From Gammaproteobacteria bacterium (GTDB lineage: Bacteria; Pseudomonadota; Gammaproteobacteria; JBCCGL01): a stretch of 64,000 nucleotides of DNA. Below, one piece after another: positions 48,031 through 57,091 of the stretch. A program made the translations under genes and the position numbers. The stretch lies in the NCBI GenBank assembly GCA_965277715.1, contig OZ255836.1:1536001-1600000 (forward strand). Reading direction: 5' to 3'. Below the pieces are notes generated by a model. That model searched no databases, had not been told where the DNA came from, and saw only the letters and a list, made by a program, of their open reading frames with translations. Within the stretch, counting starts at the first letter, position 1. Every line of letters begins with the position of its first letter.

Positions 48031-48852
48031 ATGAAAAACAATAGCCATGACGGAATGAACCCACACTGGATTGTCTCCGGCATTGTTCTGATCGTTTGCT
48101 TCACCCTTGTGCACCTGCTCTTTGAAGGCATTGTACGACCAAGCGCAGAAACCGTGCTCAACGGTAGCGGCACCACCGCCATGCTGAATGTGTTTGTCAT
48201 TTTAAAAGACACCGAACAGCAACTTTGCCTCTCAGCCATGTTGTATTGTCTGTTTTTAATCGCCTATAAATTGTTTGCCCTGGTCGGTGAAGAAGATTTT
48301 TACACGCGTGACTTTTTACACGGTGTTTTTACCGATGACAGCCCCAGTGACGGAGCACCCGACGAGGCAGCCGACGAAAATAACAATAAAAAATTTAATA
48401 TCGATATTGCCCTAAACACCCTGCAAAACAGCAAATATAAAGACAACTCGGCCATTGCCACCTGGATCAACTGCCTCCAGCGGTATAAAAATACCCACAA
48501 CGTTCAGCACGCCTCAGACGCCATCGTCTCCAGTGTTGAGGCGCTGGCTATGCAACTGGAGTCGGGCAACAATATGATTCGCTACATTATCTGGGCAATT
48601 CCCTCTATTGGTTTTGTCGGCACCGTTAGAGGCATCGGTCAGGCGCTGGCAAAGGCCGACGAAGCACTGGCTGGCAATATCGCCGGGATGACCTCAAGCC
48701 TGGGGGTCGCCTTTAATTCAACTTTTGTGGCGCTATTGATTAGCTTATTGTTGATGTTTTTACTGCATATACTGCAAAGCCGCCAGGATCAAATGGTAAT
48801 CAACACACAGCGCAGTTGTGAAAAAAACTTACTTTCACATTTACACCAGTAA
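48031..48852 (+). CDS. MotA/TolQ/ExbB proton channel family protein
   Basis: IPSIGFVGTVRGI and LGVAFNSTFVAL. Confidence 0.9.
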   Translation: MKNNSHDGMNPHWIVSGIVLIVCFTLVHLLFEGIVRPSAETVLNGSGTTAMLNVFVILKDTEQQLCLSAMLYCLFLIAYKLFALVGEEDFYTRDFLHGVFTDDSPSDGAPDEAADENNNKKFNIDIALNTLQNSKYKDNSAIATWINCLQRYKNTHNVQHASDAIVSSVEALAMQLESGNNMIRYIIWAIPSIGFVGTVRGIGQALAKADEALAGNIAGMTSSLGVAFNSTFVALLISLLLMFLLHILQSRQDQMVINTQRSCEKNLLSHLHQ

Positions 48853-48857
48853 CTTGC

Positions 48858-49928
48858 ATGTTCAAACGGCGCGCTCCCGACGGTTTTAATCTGGCGTTTC
48901 TGGATGTCATGGCCTGTGGTCTTGGGGCAATAATTCTCATTTTAATGTTGGTCAAATTCAACGCGCCCACAACAACCCCTAGCGACGCACTGGAAACGTT
49001 ACAACAAGAACTCAACGCCTTGCAGGATCAACAAACAGCGCAGCAGGCAGATATCGATGCGGTCAATAAAAAAATTGCCACAGCAACCACTGCCAGTAAA
49101 CAGATACAACAGAATCTCCAGCAATTAAAAATTCAACAGGACGCCACTCAACGCGCTGTCAACGATAAAAAAGCCATATTGGCAAAAGTCGAAAAATCCG
49201 TTGCGGCCGCCGCGCCCAGACAGGCGGAAGACCCGATCAAACTACAAGGCGCAGGGGAGGAAAACTACTTATTAGGCCTCAAGGTGGAAGGTCGGCACAT
49301 CGGTATACTTATCGATGCCAGTGCCTCGATGACCAATGAAAAACTGATCGATATTATTAAAAGCAAAATTTCCAGTGACGCAAAAAAAAAATCATCACCA
49401 AAATGGCAGCGCACCAAAAGAGTGGCTAAATGGTTATTGGCCAGAGTGCCACAACAGTCAAACGTTACTATGGTTAGTTTTAACAAAACCGCCAATCAGA
49501 TCGGGCCTCGCCGCGTTGTCCCCGCAACCAGTCGTCTGGGTATGAAACAACTGGCCGCAAGTATTGACCAACTGATACCGCACAATGGCACCAACCTGCA
49601 AGGTGCACTGACAGAAATAAAAAAACTCAGCCCGGATATGACACACCTTTACATCGTCACCGATGGTCTGCCAACACTCGGCGAAAATGCAAAAACCATC
49701 AGTTCGCTGGCACGCTGCGCATTGTTTTTCAGCAAATCTAAAACCATTACCGGGGAGTGCCGCCTGAGCCTGTTTGTGTATACCGTAAAACAGGCCAACA
49801 TGAGCGGTGTTCAGGTAAATGTTATCCTGTTGCCTCTGGAAGGTGACCCGCAGGCACCCCAGGCCTATTGGGAGTGGACGGCATCAACAGGCGGGTTGAT
49901 GATCAGCCCGGCGGATTCCTGGCCATGA
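48858..49928 (+). CDS. MotB/ExbD-like TM + coiled coil + VWA protein 1
   Basis: FNLAFLDVM TM Asp; MIDAS DASAS, GTNL, TDG. Confidence 0.85.
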   Translation: MFKRRAPDGFNLAFLDVMACGLGAIILILMLVKFNAPTTTPSDALETLQQELNALQDQQTAQQADIDAVNKKIATATTASKQIQQNLQQLKIQQDATQRAVNDKKAILAKVEKSVAAAAPRQAEDPIKLQGAGEENYLLGLKVEGRHIGILIDASASMTNEKLIDIIKSKISSDAKKKSSPKWQRTKRVAKWLLARVPQQSNVTMVSFNKTANQIGPRRVVPATSRLGMKQLAASIDQLIPHNGTNLQGALTEIKKLSPDMTHLYIVTDGLPTLGENAKTISSLARCALFFSKSKTITGECRLSLFVYTVKQANMSGVQVNVILLPLEGDPQAPQAYWEWTASTGGLMISPADSWP

Positions 49929-50866
49929 AAAGGCAGCGCGCTCCCCTGGAAGTCTTTAATATCGCTTTTTTGGATATTATTAGCTGCGCCTTTGGGGCTA
50001 TTGTCCTCTTAGTGCTACTGGCAAAAAATGACACGGAGGGGACATTTTTTGATGTGGCGCAGATAAGCGAGCTGATTCAGGCCGTCACCGCCGCCGAAAG
50101 CGAGCTGGATCAACAGCGCGCATCCCTGGCAAACAAGCGACAACAGCTCCGGCAAATACACCGGGCCTCAGCCAGCAATGCAACACAAAAAGACGCGTTG
50201 GAGAGTGACATTGCCGCCGCCAAAAACCGTGTGCAGCAACTGACCTCAACTGCCGACGGTTTAAGCCGAATCGTCACCTCGCGGCAACGCGCCGCCACCC
50301 GACAAGGCACGGCAACCGAGCGCGACGAAGAGGTCGGTGGTATTCCCGTCGACAGCGAATACGTGATTTTTATCATCGATACATCGGGCAGTATGAAGCG
50401 CATCTGGGGCGAGGTACTGGACACCATGAGTGATATTCTCGATAACCACCCCAAGGTCAAAGGTTTTCAGGTAATGAGTGATATGGGGGAATACCTATTA
50501 TCCACCTCGGCAGGTAAATGGCGCAAAGACACCCGCAAAAGCCGAAAAGCCATCTTATCCGCCATGCAGCGATGGCACACCCACAGCAATAGCAGCCCGG
50601 TTGAAGGCCTCGAGGTGGCATTAAAAACCTACGCAAAAAAGACCACCAGTTTATCTATCTATATCCTGGGTGATGAATACTCCGGTGGCTCTTACGACCC
50701 TGTTATCAATACCCTGAATACACTCAACACCCACCCTAAAACAGGAGAACGCCTCGCCCGCGTACACGCCATTGGTTTTGTCTCTGGCGCCCGGACCCTT
50801 AAATACTCAACCTTGATGCGTGAAGTCACCCGGCAAAACCGGGGGACTTTTTTGGCGTTGCCTTAA
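49925..50866 (+). CDS. MotB/ExbD-like TM + coiled coil + VWA protein 2
   Basis: FNIAFLDII TM Asp; MIDAS DTSGS, GDE; ATGA coupling. Confidence 0.85.
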   Translation: MKRQRAPLEVFNIAFLDIISCAFGAIVLLVLLAKNDTEGTFFDVAQISELIQAVTAAESELDQQRASLANKRQQLRQIHRASASNATQKDALESDIAAAKNRVQQLTSTADGLSRIVTSRQRAATRQGTATERDEEVGGIPVDSEYVIFIIDTSGSMKRIWGEVLDTMSDILDNHPKVKGFQVMSDMGEYLLSTSAGKWRKDTRKSRKAILSAMQRWHTHSNSSPVEGLEVALKTYAKKTTSLSIYILGDEYSGGSYDPVINTLNTLNTHPKTGERLARVHAIGFVSGARTLKYSTLMREVTRQNRGTFLALP

Positions 50867-50967
50867 AAATAAAGTGCGACGGACACGACGCGATGCGATG
50901 TGGTAATAGGGAGTGTCTGAAAGATGGTGTATTGTTAAATAACTGTAGCAACCCAAGACATCAACTT

Positions 50968-51057
50968 CTCTAACAAACGGCTCAACTGGGGGGCGAGTGT
51001 AGCCACTGCTCTGTTTCTGATACATTGTGCCCCGTACCCGTTAGCCGAACGTCAGGT
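50968..51057 (+). other. Degenerate integron attC site
   Basis: CTCTAAC-AAACGGCTCAAC...GTTAGCCGAAC-GTCAGGT, with an extra C in the left arm and GTC in place of GTT. Confidence 0.6.
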
Positions 51058-51224
51058 AATTAACTAAAATACAGGTAGAGAGTAATAAAATGAAATCCGA
51101 ATCTACCGCTATTATCGAATCTGCTCCACAAGGGGGGTATTGGGCAATCTGCCCCCCTGTGTGTCAACCTCACCTCAAGCCACTATGATTTAAGTTAACA
51201 TCTAAATCAGGGCAGCTATCGAGA

Positions 51225-51647
51225 GTGAGAACAATGCCAAAACCAATGTTAGATAAACCACAACCTGAGTCATGTGAGATCAAGCCTGATCGGACACTTG
51301 AGAAAAAGACTCGCCGCACTTTTACAGCAGCCTATAAGCTAAAGATGATCAATCAAGCTGATGCTTGCCAGCATGGACAGCTTGGCGCTTTGCTACGCCG
51401 TGAGAAGCTTTACTCCAATCAATTGTCTCAGTGGCGAAGAGAACTGGCCGAAGGCGGTTTGTCAGGGCTATCAAAAAGCGCGCCCGGCCCTGCACCGCAA
51501 ATGACGTCTGAGCAGCGCCGGATAGCGCAGCTTGAAAAACAAGTAAACCGTCTGGAAAAACAAATCGCCCTTAAGGATGACTGTCTGGAACTCCAAAAAA
51601 AAGCCTTGGCGATGCTCGACCGATTGAACAGCGGGATCGAGCAGTGA
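51225..51647 (+). CDS. IS transposase OrfA
   Basis: RRTFTAAYK HTH and leucine zipper; run of 8 A near the end, a likely -1 frameshift site. Confidence 0.9.
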   Translation: MRTMPKPMLDKPQPESCEIKPDRTLEKKTRRTFTAAYKLKMINQADACQHGQLGALLRREKLYSNQLSQWRRELAEGGLSGLSKSAPGPAPQMTSEQRRIAQLEKQVNRLEKQIALKDDCLELQKKALAMLDRLNSGIEQ

Positions 51648-52723
51648 ATACCGCGTTGACTGACCGCCCACCCTCAGTGTCCCAACGTCTGGCTTGTAAG
51701 GTATTGGCATTGTCACGGTCACACGTCCGGGCCAAGCAAAGCCGCCGCCATTTCTGTGGCCCTCCCAAACCAGCAGGAACCGTGCGAATCACTTGCCATC
51801 AGCCACGCCAACTGAGTGAAGAAGAATGCTCTGTGGTATTGAATACGCTCAATAGTGAAGCGTTCTATGATCAACCACCGGCGCAGGTTTACCATACCTT
51901 GCTGAGTCGCCGTATTTACCTCTGCTCCATCAGCACCATGCACCGCCTGCTGCGTCAGTCCGATCAGTCGGGGGAACGCCGAAAACAGCGTCCTGGGCAA
52001 ACCAACGCAGTGCCAAGGCTTTCGGCCAGTCAGCCTAATGAGGTCTGGACATGGGATATTACAAAATTGGCCACCGTTAAGCGCGGCGTTTATTTATCGC
52101 TCTATGTGGTGATGGATTTATTCAGTCGCTACATCGTGGCCTGGATGCTTTCCCATAAAGAAAACAGTGCACTGGCACAGCAGCTCATTCAGGAGGCCAG
52201 TACACGTTACGCGATTAGACCCGACCAGCTGACGCTGCATCAGGATCGAGGGGCACCGATGACCGCACATTGCTACCTTGACTTACTGGGCGAGTTGGCG
52301 GTCACCGCTAGCCACAGCAGACCCCGCGTGAGTAATGACAATCCTCATAGTGAAAGCCAATTTCGAACACTGAAGTATCAGCCTGACTACCCGCGTCGCT
52401 TTGATAGCTATAGCCATGCCAATGGATGGTGCACTGAGTATATTGATTGGTATAACCATCAGCACTGTCACAGTGCGTTGGAGGGCTTCACACCTTGTCA
52501 GGTGTTTACTGGGCAGTACATACCACTCAGTGAGGTTCGTCAGCAGGCACTCAATGAAAAGTATGTCCAACATGCAGAGCGATTTGTCAATCAGCGGCCT
52601 GTTGTCAGGATGCCGCCTGCGAAGGTCTACATTAATCCCGTGCGCGATGAACTGGGTAATATAGATCACGATGCACCCGTCAACTTCCCAACACTAAATC
52701 GGGCTAAATATATGGTAACTTGA
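51644..52723 (+). CDS. IS transposase OrfB (DDE)
   Basis: WTWDIT, HQDRG and NDNPHSES; lies in the -1 frame, open from the A run. Confidence 0.92.
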   Translation: MNTALTDRPPSVSQRLACKVLALSRSHVRAKQSRRHFCGPPKPAGTVRITCHQPRQLSEEECSVVLNTLNSEAFYDQPPAQVYHTLLSRRIYLCSISTMHRLLRQSDQSGERRKQRPGQTNAVPRLSASQPNEVWTWDITKLATVKRGVYLSLYVVMDLFSRYIVAWMLSHKENSALAQQLIQEASTRYAIRPDQLTLHQDRGAPMTAHCYLDLLGELAVTASHSRPRVSNDNPHSESQFRTLKYQPDYPRRFDSYSHANGWCTEYIDWYNHQHCHSALEGFTPCQVFTGQYIPLSEVRQQALNEKYVQHAERFVNQRPVVRMPPAKVYINPVRDELGNIDHDAPVNFPTLNRAKYMVT

Positions 52724-52949
52724 GTAACTGTGGCTTGAAACAGGTTGACACCTTCCGCCCCGAGATACCTGGCGCAAATGGTCAGGGGGAAGGAATAGAG
52801 GAAGCGAAGCAAAGCTTAAGAAAGGCTATTGAGCTAATCCTGGAAGATCGAAGGGAAGACTTCTTTCGAGGGTTACCCGAAGACGCTATACAGGACAAGG
52901 TCATCACGGCATGAAACGTTGGGATCATAACAAAAAATTCGGCACCGCC

Positions 52950-55703
52950 ATGACACACAATCAAACCACTGATCACAATACCGGCCACAGCATTAGCCAA
53001 AACGCCTACCAAAACACCGAAGAGTTTCAACTCGATCAACAGGAGTGGCTGGAATCCATCGACTATATCTACGCCAGCTACGGCCAGGAAGGCGTACGCG
53101 CCATTCTGCAAACCCTGCAAAACCATGCGCTCGGGCGCAATATCGCCATCAACCAGGCCACCCTGAACACCCCTTATCGCAACACCATCCACCCCGCAAA
53201 AGAACCCACCTACCCCGGCAATATCGCCCTGGAACAACAAATCGAAAACATCAACCGCTGGAACGCGATGGCGATGGTGGTGCGCGCCGCAGACCGTGGC
53301 GACGGCGTAGGTGGACACATCGCCACCTACACATCGGCGGCGACGATGATGGAAGTGGGTTTACATCATTTCTTCCGCGCTCGCAGCGATAATTACGGTG
53401 GTGATCTGGTGGTGTTTCAGCCCCATGCCGTGCCGGGTATTTATGCGCGGGCCTTGCTCGAAGGCCGGTTAACCCGGCAGCAATTGGATAATTTTCGACG
53501 TGAACTGCACGCCGGTGGTGGCCTGAGTGCGTACCCGCACCCGCGTTCGATGCCGGACTTTTGGCAGGTGCCATGCGCATCGATGGGCCTGTCGACACCC
53601 ACCGCGATCTACCAGGCGCGCTTTGCCCGCTATCTGGAAAAACGCGGGCTGAAAGCCGCCCAGGGCGGTAAAGTGTGGTGCTTTATCGGCGATGGTGAAT
53701 CGGACGAACCCGAGGTGCGGGGCACCATAAACATCGCGGCGCGTGAACAACTCGACAACCTGGTGCTGGTTGTCAACTGCAATCTACAGCGACTGGATGG
53801 GCCAGTGCGTGGTAACGGTAAAATCATTCAGGAATTGGAGCGCAGCTTTCGCGGTGCAGACTGGAACGTGATCAAAGTCATATGGGGCAGCGGCTGGGAT
53901 GCACTGCTGGCCCGCGATAGTGACGGGGTATTGCAGCAGCGCATGGAAACCGCCACCGATGGCGATTACCAGTATTTATCGATTTCCCCCGGTGACGTAC
54001 AACGCGAATTATGGGTAGAAAACAACCCGGAGCTGGCGTCACTGATGAACACCCTGACCGATGCCGAGGTAAAAAATATCAAACGCGGCGGCCAGGATCA
54101 CAAAAAAATCTTCGCCGCCTATGCCCAGGCGATGCAAAGCCAGGGGCGCCCAACGGTTATTTTGATTAAGTCGGTAAAGGGTGACGGCATGGGAAAAGCC
54201 GGCCAGGGGCGCAACACCGCCCACCAGAAAAAACAACTCAACGCCGAGGAGCGCGCCACCTTTGCAAAGCATCACAATATCCCTCTATCTGATGCCGCCA
54301 TTGAACGCGCTGATTATTATCTACCGGATGAAGACAGTGAGGAAATCCGCTACCTGAAAAACCGGCGGCAACAATTGGGCGGCTACCTGCCGACACGCCA
54401 GGTCAACTGCCGGTCGCTCAATACCCCACCACTTACTGCTTTCAGTGAATTTCTAAATGGCACAGGTGGGCGCAGTGTTTCCACTACGATGGCGATGGTG
54501 CGCATCCTCGGTATGCTGTTAAAAGACACAGATATTGGCCGTTATATCGTGCCCATCGTCCCCGATGAAGCACGTACCTTTGGCATGGATGCGCTATTTA
54601 AAGACGCCGGTATTTACGCCCCGGAGGGGCAGCATTACACCCCCGTTGACGGCGACAGCCTGCTCCCCTACCGCGAAGCCGAGGATGGCCAGATCCTACA
54701 GGAGGGTATTTGTGAAGCGGGGGCGATGGCATCATTTATGGCCGCAGGCAGCGCGTATGCGGTACACAATATACCGACGATTCCCTTTTATATTTTCTAC
54801 TCGATGTTTGGCTTTCAGCGCGTCGGCGATCTGATTTGGGCCTGCGGTGATATGTTATGTCGCGGCTTTCTACTCGGTGGCACCGCCGGGCGTACCACCC
54901 TCAACGGTGAAGGCGTACAACACCAGGATGGGCACTCGTTACTCATTGCCAGTACCGTGCCCAACCTCAAAGCGTACGACCCCGCCTTCGCCTACGAACT
55001 GGCGATCATTATCCGCGATGGCATTGAGCGCATGTACCAACAACAGCAGGATTGCTTCTACTACATCACCGTATACAACGAGAACTACCCGATGCCTGCG
55101 ATTGGAAACGCGGGCGAAACTGACACTGGCGCGACTGACAACAATATCGCAATTGAAAAAGGCATACTGCGCGGTATTTACTGCTACCAAAAACCGTGCT
55201 CACCGGCACACACTTTATCTGCCAATATACTGGCCAGCGGCTCAATAATGACACAGGCACTGGCAGCAGCTACCCTGCTGGAAAAATACCATGTTGCCAC
55301 CACCCTGTGGAGCGTCACCAGTTACAACGAGCTGTACCGCGATGCCATCGACTGCGAACACCACAACCGCTTTAACCCTGAGGCAACAAAAACACCGTTT
55401 ATCACCCAATCCCTCGCCCAGACCAGTGGTGTGTTTATCGCCGTTAGCGATTACCTGAAAGCCCTGCCCAATAGCATAGCGCCGTGGCTGCCCGGCCCTT
55501 ACACCGTGCTCGGCACAGACGGCTATGGCCGCAGCGAAACCCGCGAGGCACTGCGTGATTATTTTGCCATCGACGCCCGGCATATCGCCCTCGCCGCCCT
55601 GCAAACACTGCAACAATCCGGCGGGCTCGGCACAGAAACCGTTGACAAAGCGCGTAACGATTTAGGCATAACACCGATGCAACATCCAGGAGCCATCGCA
55701 TGA
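52950..55703 (+). CDS. aceE: Pyruvate/2-oxoacid dehydrogenase E1, homodimeric type
   Basis: GGHIA, YPHP, GDGESDE..NCNLQRLDGPV TPP motif, GRTTLNGEG. Confidence 0.9.
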   Translation: MTHNQTTDHNTGHSISQNAYQNTEEFQLDQQEWLESIDYIYASYGQEGVRAILQTLQNHALGRNIAINQATLNTPYRNTIHPAKEPTYPGNIALEQQIENINRWNAMAMVVRAADRGDGVGGHIATYTSAATMMEVGLHHFFRARSDNYGGDLVVFQPHAVPGIYARALLEGRLTRQQLDNFRRELHAGGGLSAYPHPRSMPDFWQVPCASMGLSTPTAIYQARFARYLEKRGLKAAQGGKVWCFIGDGESDEPEVRGTINIAAREQLDNLVLVVNCNLQRLDGPVRGNGKIIQELERSFRGADWNVIKVIWGSGWDALLARDSDGVLQQRMETATDGDYQYLSISPGDVQRELWVENNPELASLMNTLTDAEVKNIKRGGQDHKKIFAAYAQAMQSQGRPTVILIKSVKGDGMGKAGQGRNTAHQKKQLNAEERATFAKHHNIPLSDAAIERADYYLPDEDSEEIRYLKNRRQQLGGYLPTRQVNCRSLNTPPLTAFSEFLNGTGGRSVSTTMAMVRILGMLLKDTDIGRYIVPIVPDEARTFGMDALFKDAGIYAPEGQHYTPVDGDSLLPYREAEDGQILQEGICEAGAMASFMAAGSAYAVHNIPTIPFYIFYSMFGFQRVGDLIWACGDMLCRGFLLGGTAGRTTLNGEGVQHQDGHSLLIASTVPNLKAYDPAFAYELAIIIRDGIERMYQQQQDCFYYITVYNENYPMPAIGNAGETDTGATDNNIAIEKGILRGIYCYQKPCSPAHTLSANILASGSIMTQALAAATLLEKYHVATTLWSVTSYNELYRDAIDCEHHNRFNPEATKTPFITQSLAQTSGVFIAVSDYLKALPNSIAPWLPGPYTVLGTDGYGRSETREALRDYFAIDARHIALAALQTLQQSGGLGTETVDKARNDLGITPMQHPGAIA

Positions 55704-56959
55704 GTGATATTATGCGGCTACCCACGCTGGGGGAAGACATCAACACGGGTGTATTGGTAGCGATTACCGCACAAGTGGGGGACACCCTTAACGAAGGGCA
55801 GATTTTATTTGAAATAGAAACCGACAAAGTGGTGGTTGAAGTACCGGCAAGATGTAACGGCACCCTGAAAAAAATACTGGTGCAAACCAACACCACCGTA
55901 TCGACAGGGGATGCACTGGCAGAGATTGAATGTGATAGTTCAACCGCATCGATAGCAGCACCGAACACCAAACTCAGCCAAAAAACTGGGCCTAAACAAA
56001 GTACACAAGTGTCTGCCCCCTTGAAACCCACCTTGAACCCCCTCCCTTTGAGGTCTCAAGTGCCTGTCCCTTTAACGGCGAAAACGACAGCCAGCGTAGC
56101 GCCCGCAGGGCCAGCCTCACGTAACCTGGCGCGTAAACTCGGCATCGATATTAGGCAAGTACACGGTAATGGTAAAAATGGGCGCATCAGCAAACACGAT
56201 GTTATCGCCCACGCAAAACAACTCATCACCACGGCAAATAATACTCAGAATAACCGGGGACAGGCACTGCCAGACGACAGCCGCTTTGGCCCCATCCAGC
56301 GCGCCCAGGCGAACAGCATCCAGCTCGCTACCGCCAGCAATATGCACACCGCCTGGCGGCAAATTCCACACGCCTGGCTACAGGCAGAAATCGACATTAC
56401 AGCACTGCAAACACAGCGCAAAAACAACCGGGAAAAGCCTGCATCGCTGAACGCTTTTATCGTCAAGGCAATCGCCATTGCCATGCAACAACTGCCGCTA
56501 TTCAACGCCGTCTGGGATGCGGTCACAGAAGAAATCGCCTACCGGCATTACATCGATATCAACATCGCAGTCGACACTCCCAAAGGGTTATTGGTGCCGG
56601 TGATACGCAAGGTCAACCAAAAAGACGTGGCTACCATTGGTGAAGAAATTGACAAGCTGGCGCAGGCGGCGCGTAACAACCGCATAAGCCGCGATGAAAT
56701 GAGCGGTGGAGGCATCACATTAAGTAATCTGGGGGGATTTGGTTTAAGCAGTATCCAGCCGATTGTCAACTGGCCACAAGCGGCGATTGTTGGCATTGCC
56801 AGTGCGCAATGGCAGCAGCACCGGGATGGCGGTGGCCAATGGCGGGAAGCATTGTTTTTGCCGCTGACACTGGGGTTTGATCACCGGATAATCAACGGTG
56901 CCGATGGTGCACGGTTTATTGGGGTTATGCGTGATTATCTGGAAAACGCGGCTTTTTGA
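55700..56959 (+). CDS. aceF: Dihydrolipoamide acyltransferase E2, one lipoyl domain
   Basis: ETDKV lipoyl Lys, E3-binding domain, DHRIINGADGA. Confidence 0.88.
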   Translation: MSDIMRLPTLGEDINTGVLVAITAQVGDTLNEGQILFEIETDKVVVEVPARCNGTLKKILVQTNTTVSTGDALAEIECDSSTASIAAPNTKLSQKTGPKQSTQVSAPLKPTLNPLPLRSQVPVPLTAKTTASVAPAGPASRNLARKLGIDIRQVHGNGKNGRISKHDVIAHAKQLITTANNTQNNRGQALPDDSRFGPIQRAQANSIQLATASNMHTAWRQIPHAWLQAEIDITALQTQRKNNREKPASLNAFIVKAIAIAMQQLPLFNAVWDAVTEEIAYRHYIDINIAVDTPKGLLVPVIRKVNQKDVATIGEEIDKLAQAARNNRISRDEMSGGGITLSNLGGFGLSSIQPIVNWPQAAIVGIASAQWQQHRDGGGQWREALFLPLTLGFDHRIINGADGARFIGVMRDYLENAAF

Positions 56960-57091
56960 TAACGCGTAGAAAACCCTGCACGCAGTATCAGTACAAATAA
57001 AGCCTACATCAACCAATTCACGGTATTCGCCCCGTTCCAGTGATAGCGGCCACCTGTTACATTAACCATTCGCCCGAGATCCTACGCCCCC

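Larger units (their letters stand above)
51156..52756 (+). mobile_element. IS3-family-like insertion sequence (~1.6 kb)
   Basis: Imperfect inverted repeats GTGTCAACCT..TCAAGCCAC; GCCCC duplicated at 51151-55 and 52757-61. Confidence 0.9.
51090..52914 (+). pseudogene. hicB: HicB-family antitoxin split by an IS
   Basis: 51090-51155 plus 52762-52914 rejoin in frame: ...GGYWAICP/EIPGANGQGEGIEEA... Confidence 0.85.

Noticed and set aside
48031-50866. Zorya or Tol-Pal assignment for the motor genes
   Set aside because: No long ZorA tail, OmpA-like domain, ZorC/D/E, or tolA/tolB/pal
52720-52949. 64-aa ORF and the extended aceE start at 52911
   Set aside because: The ORF is the IS end fused to the hicB 3' half; ATG 52911 is more likely a hicA vestige
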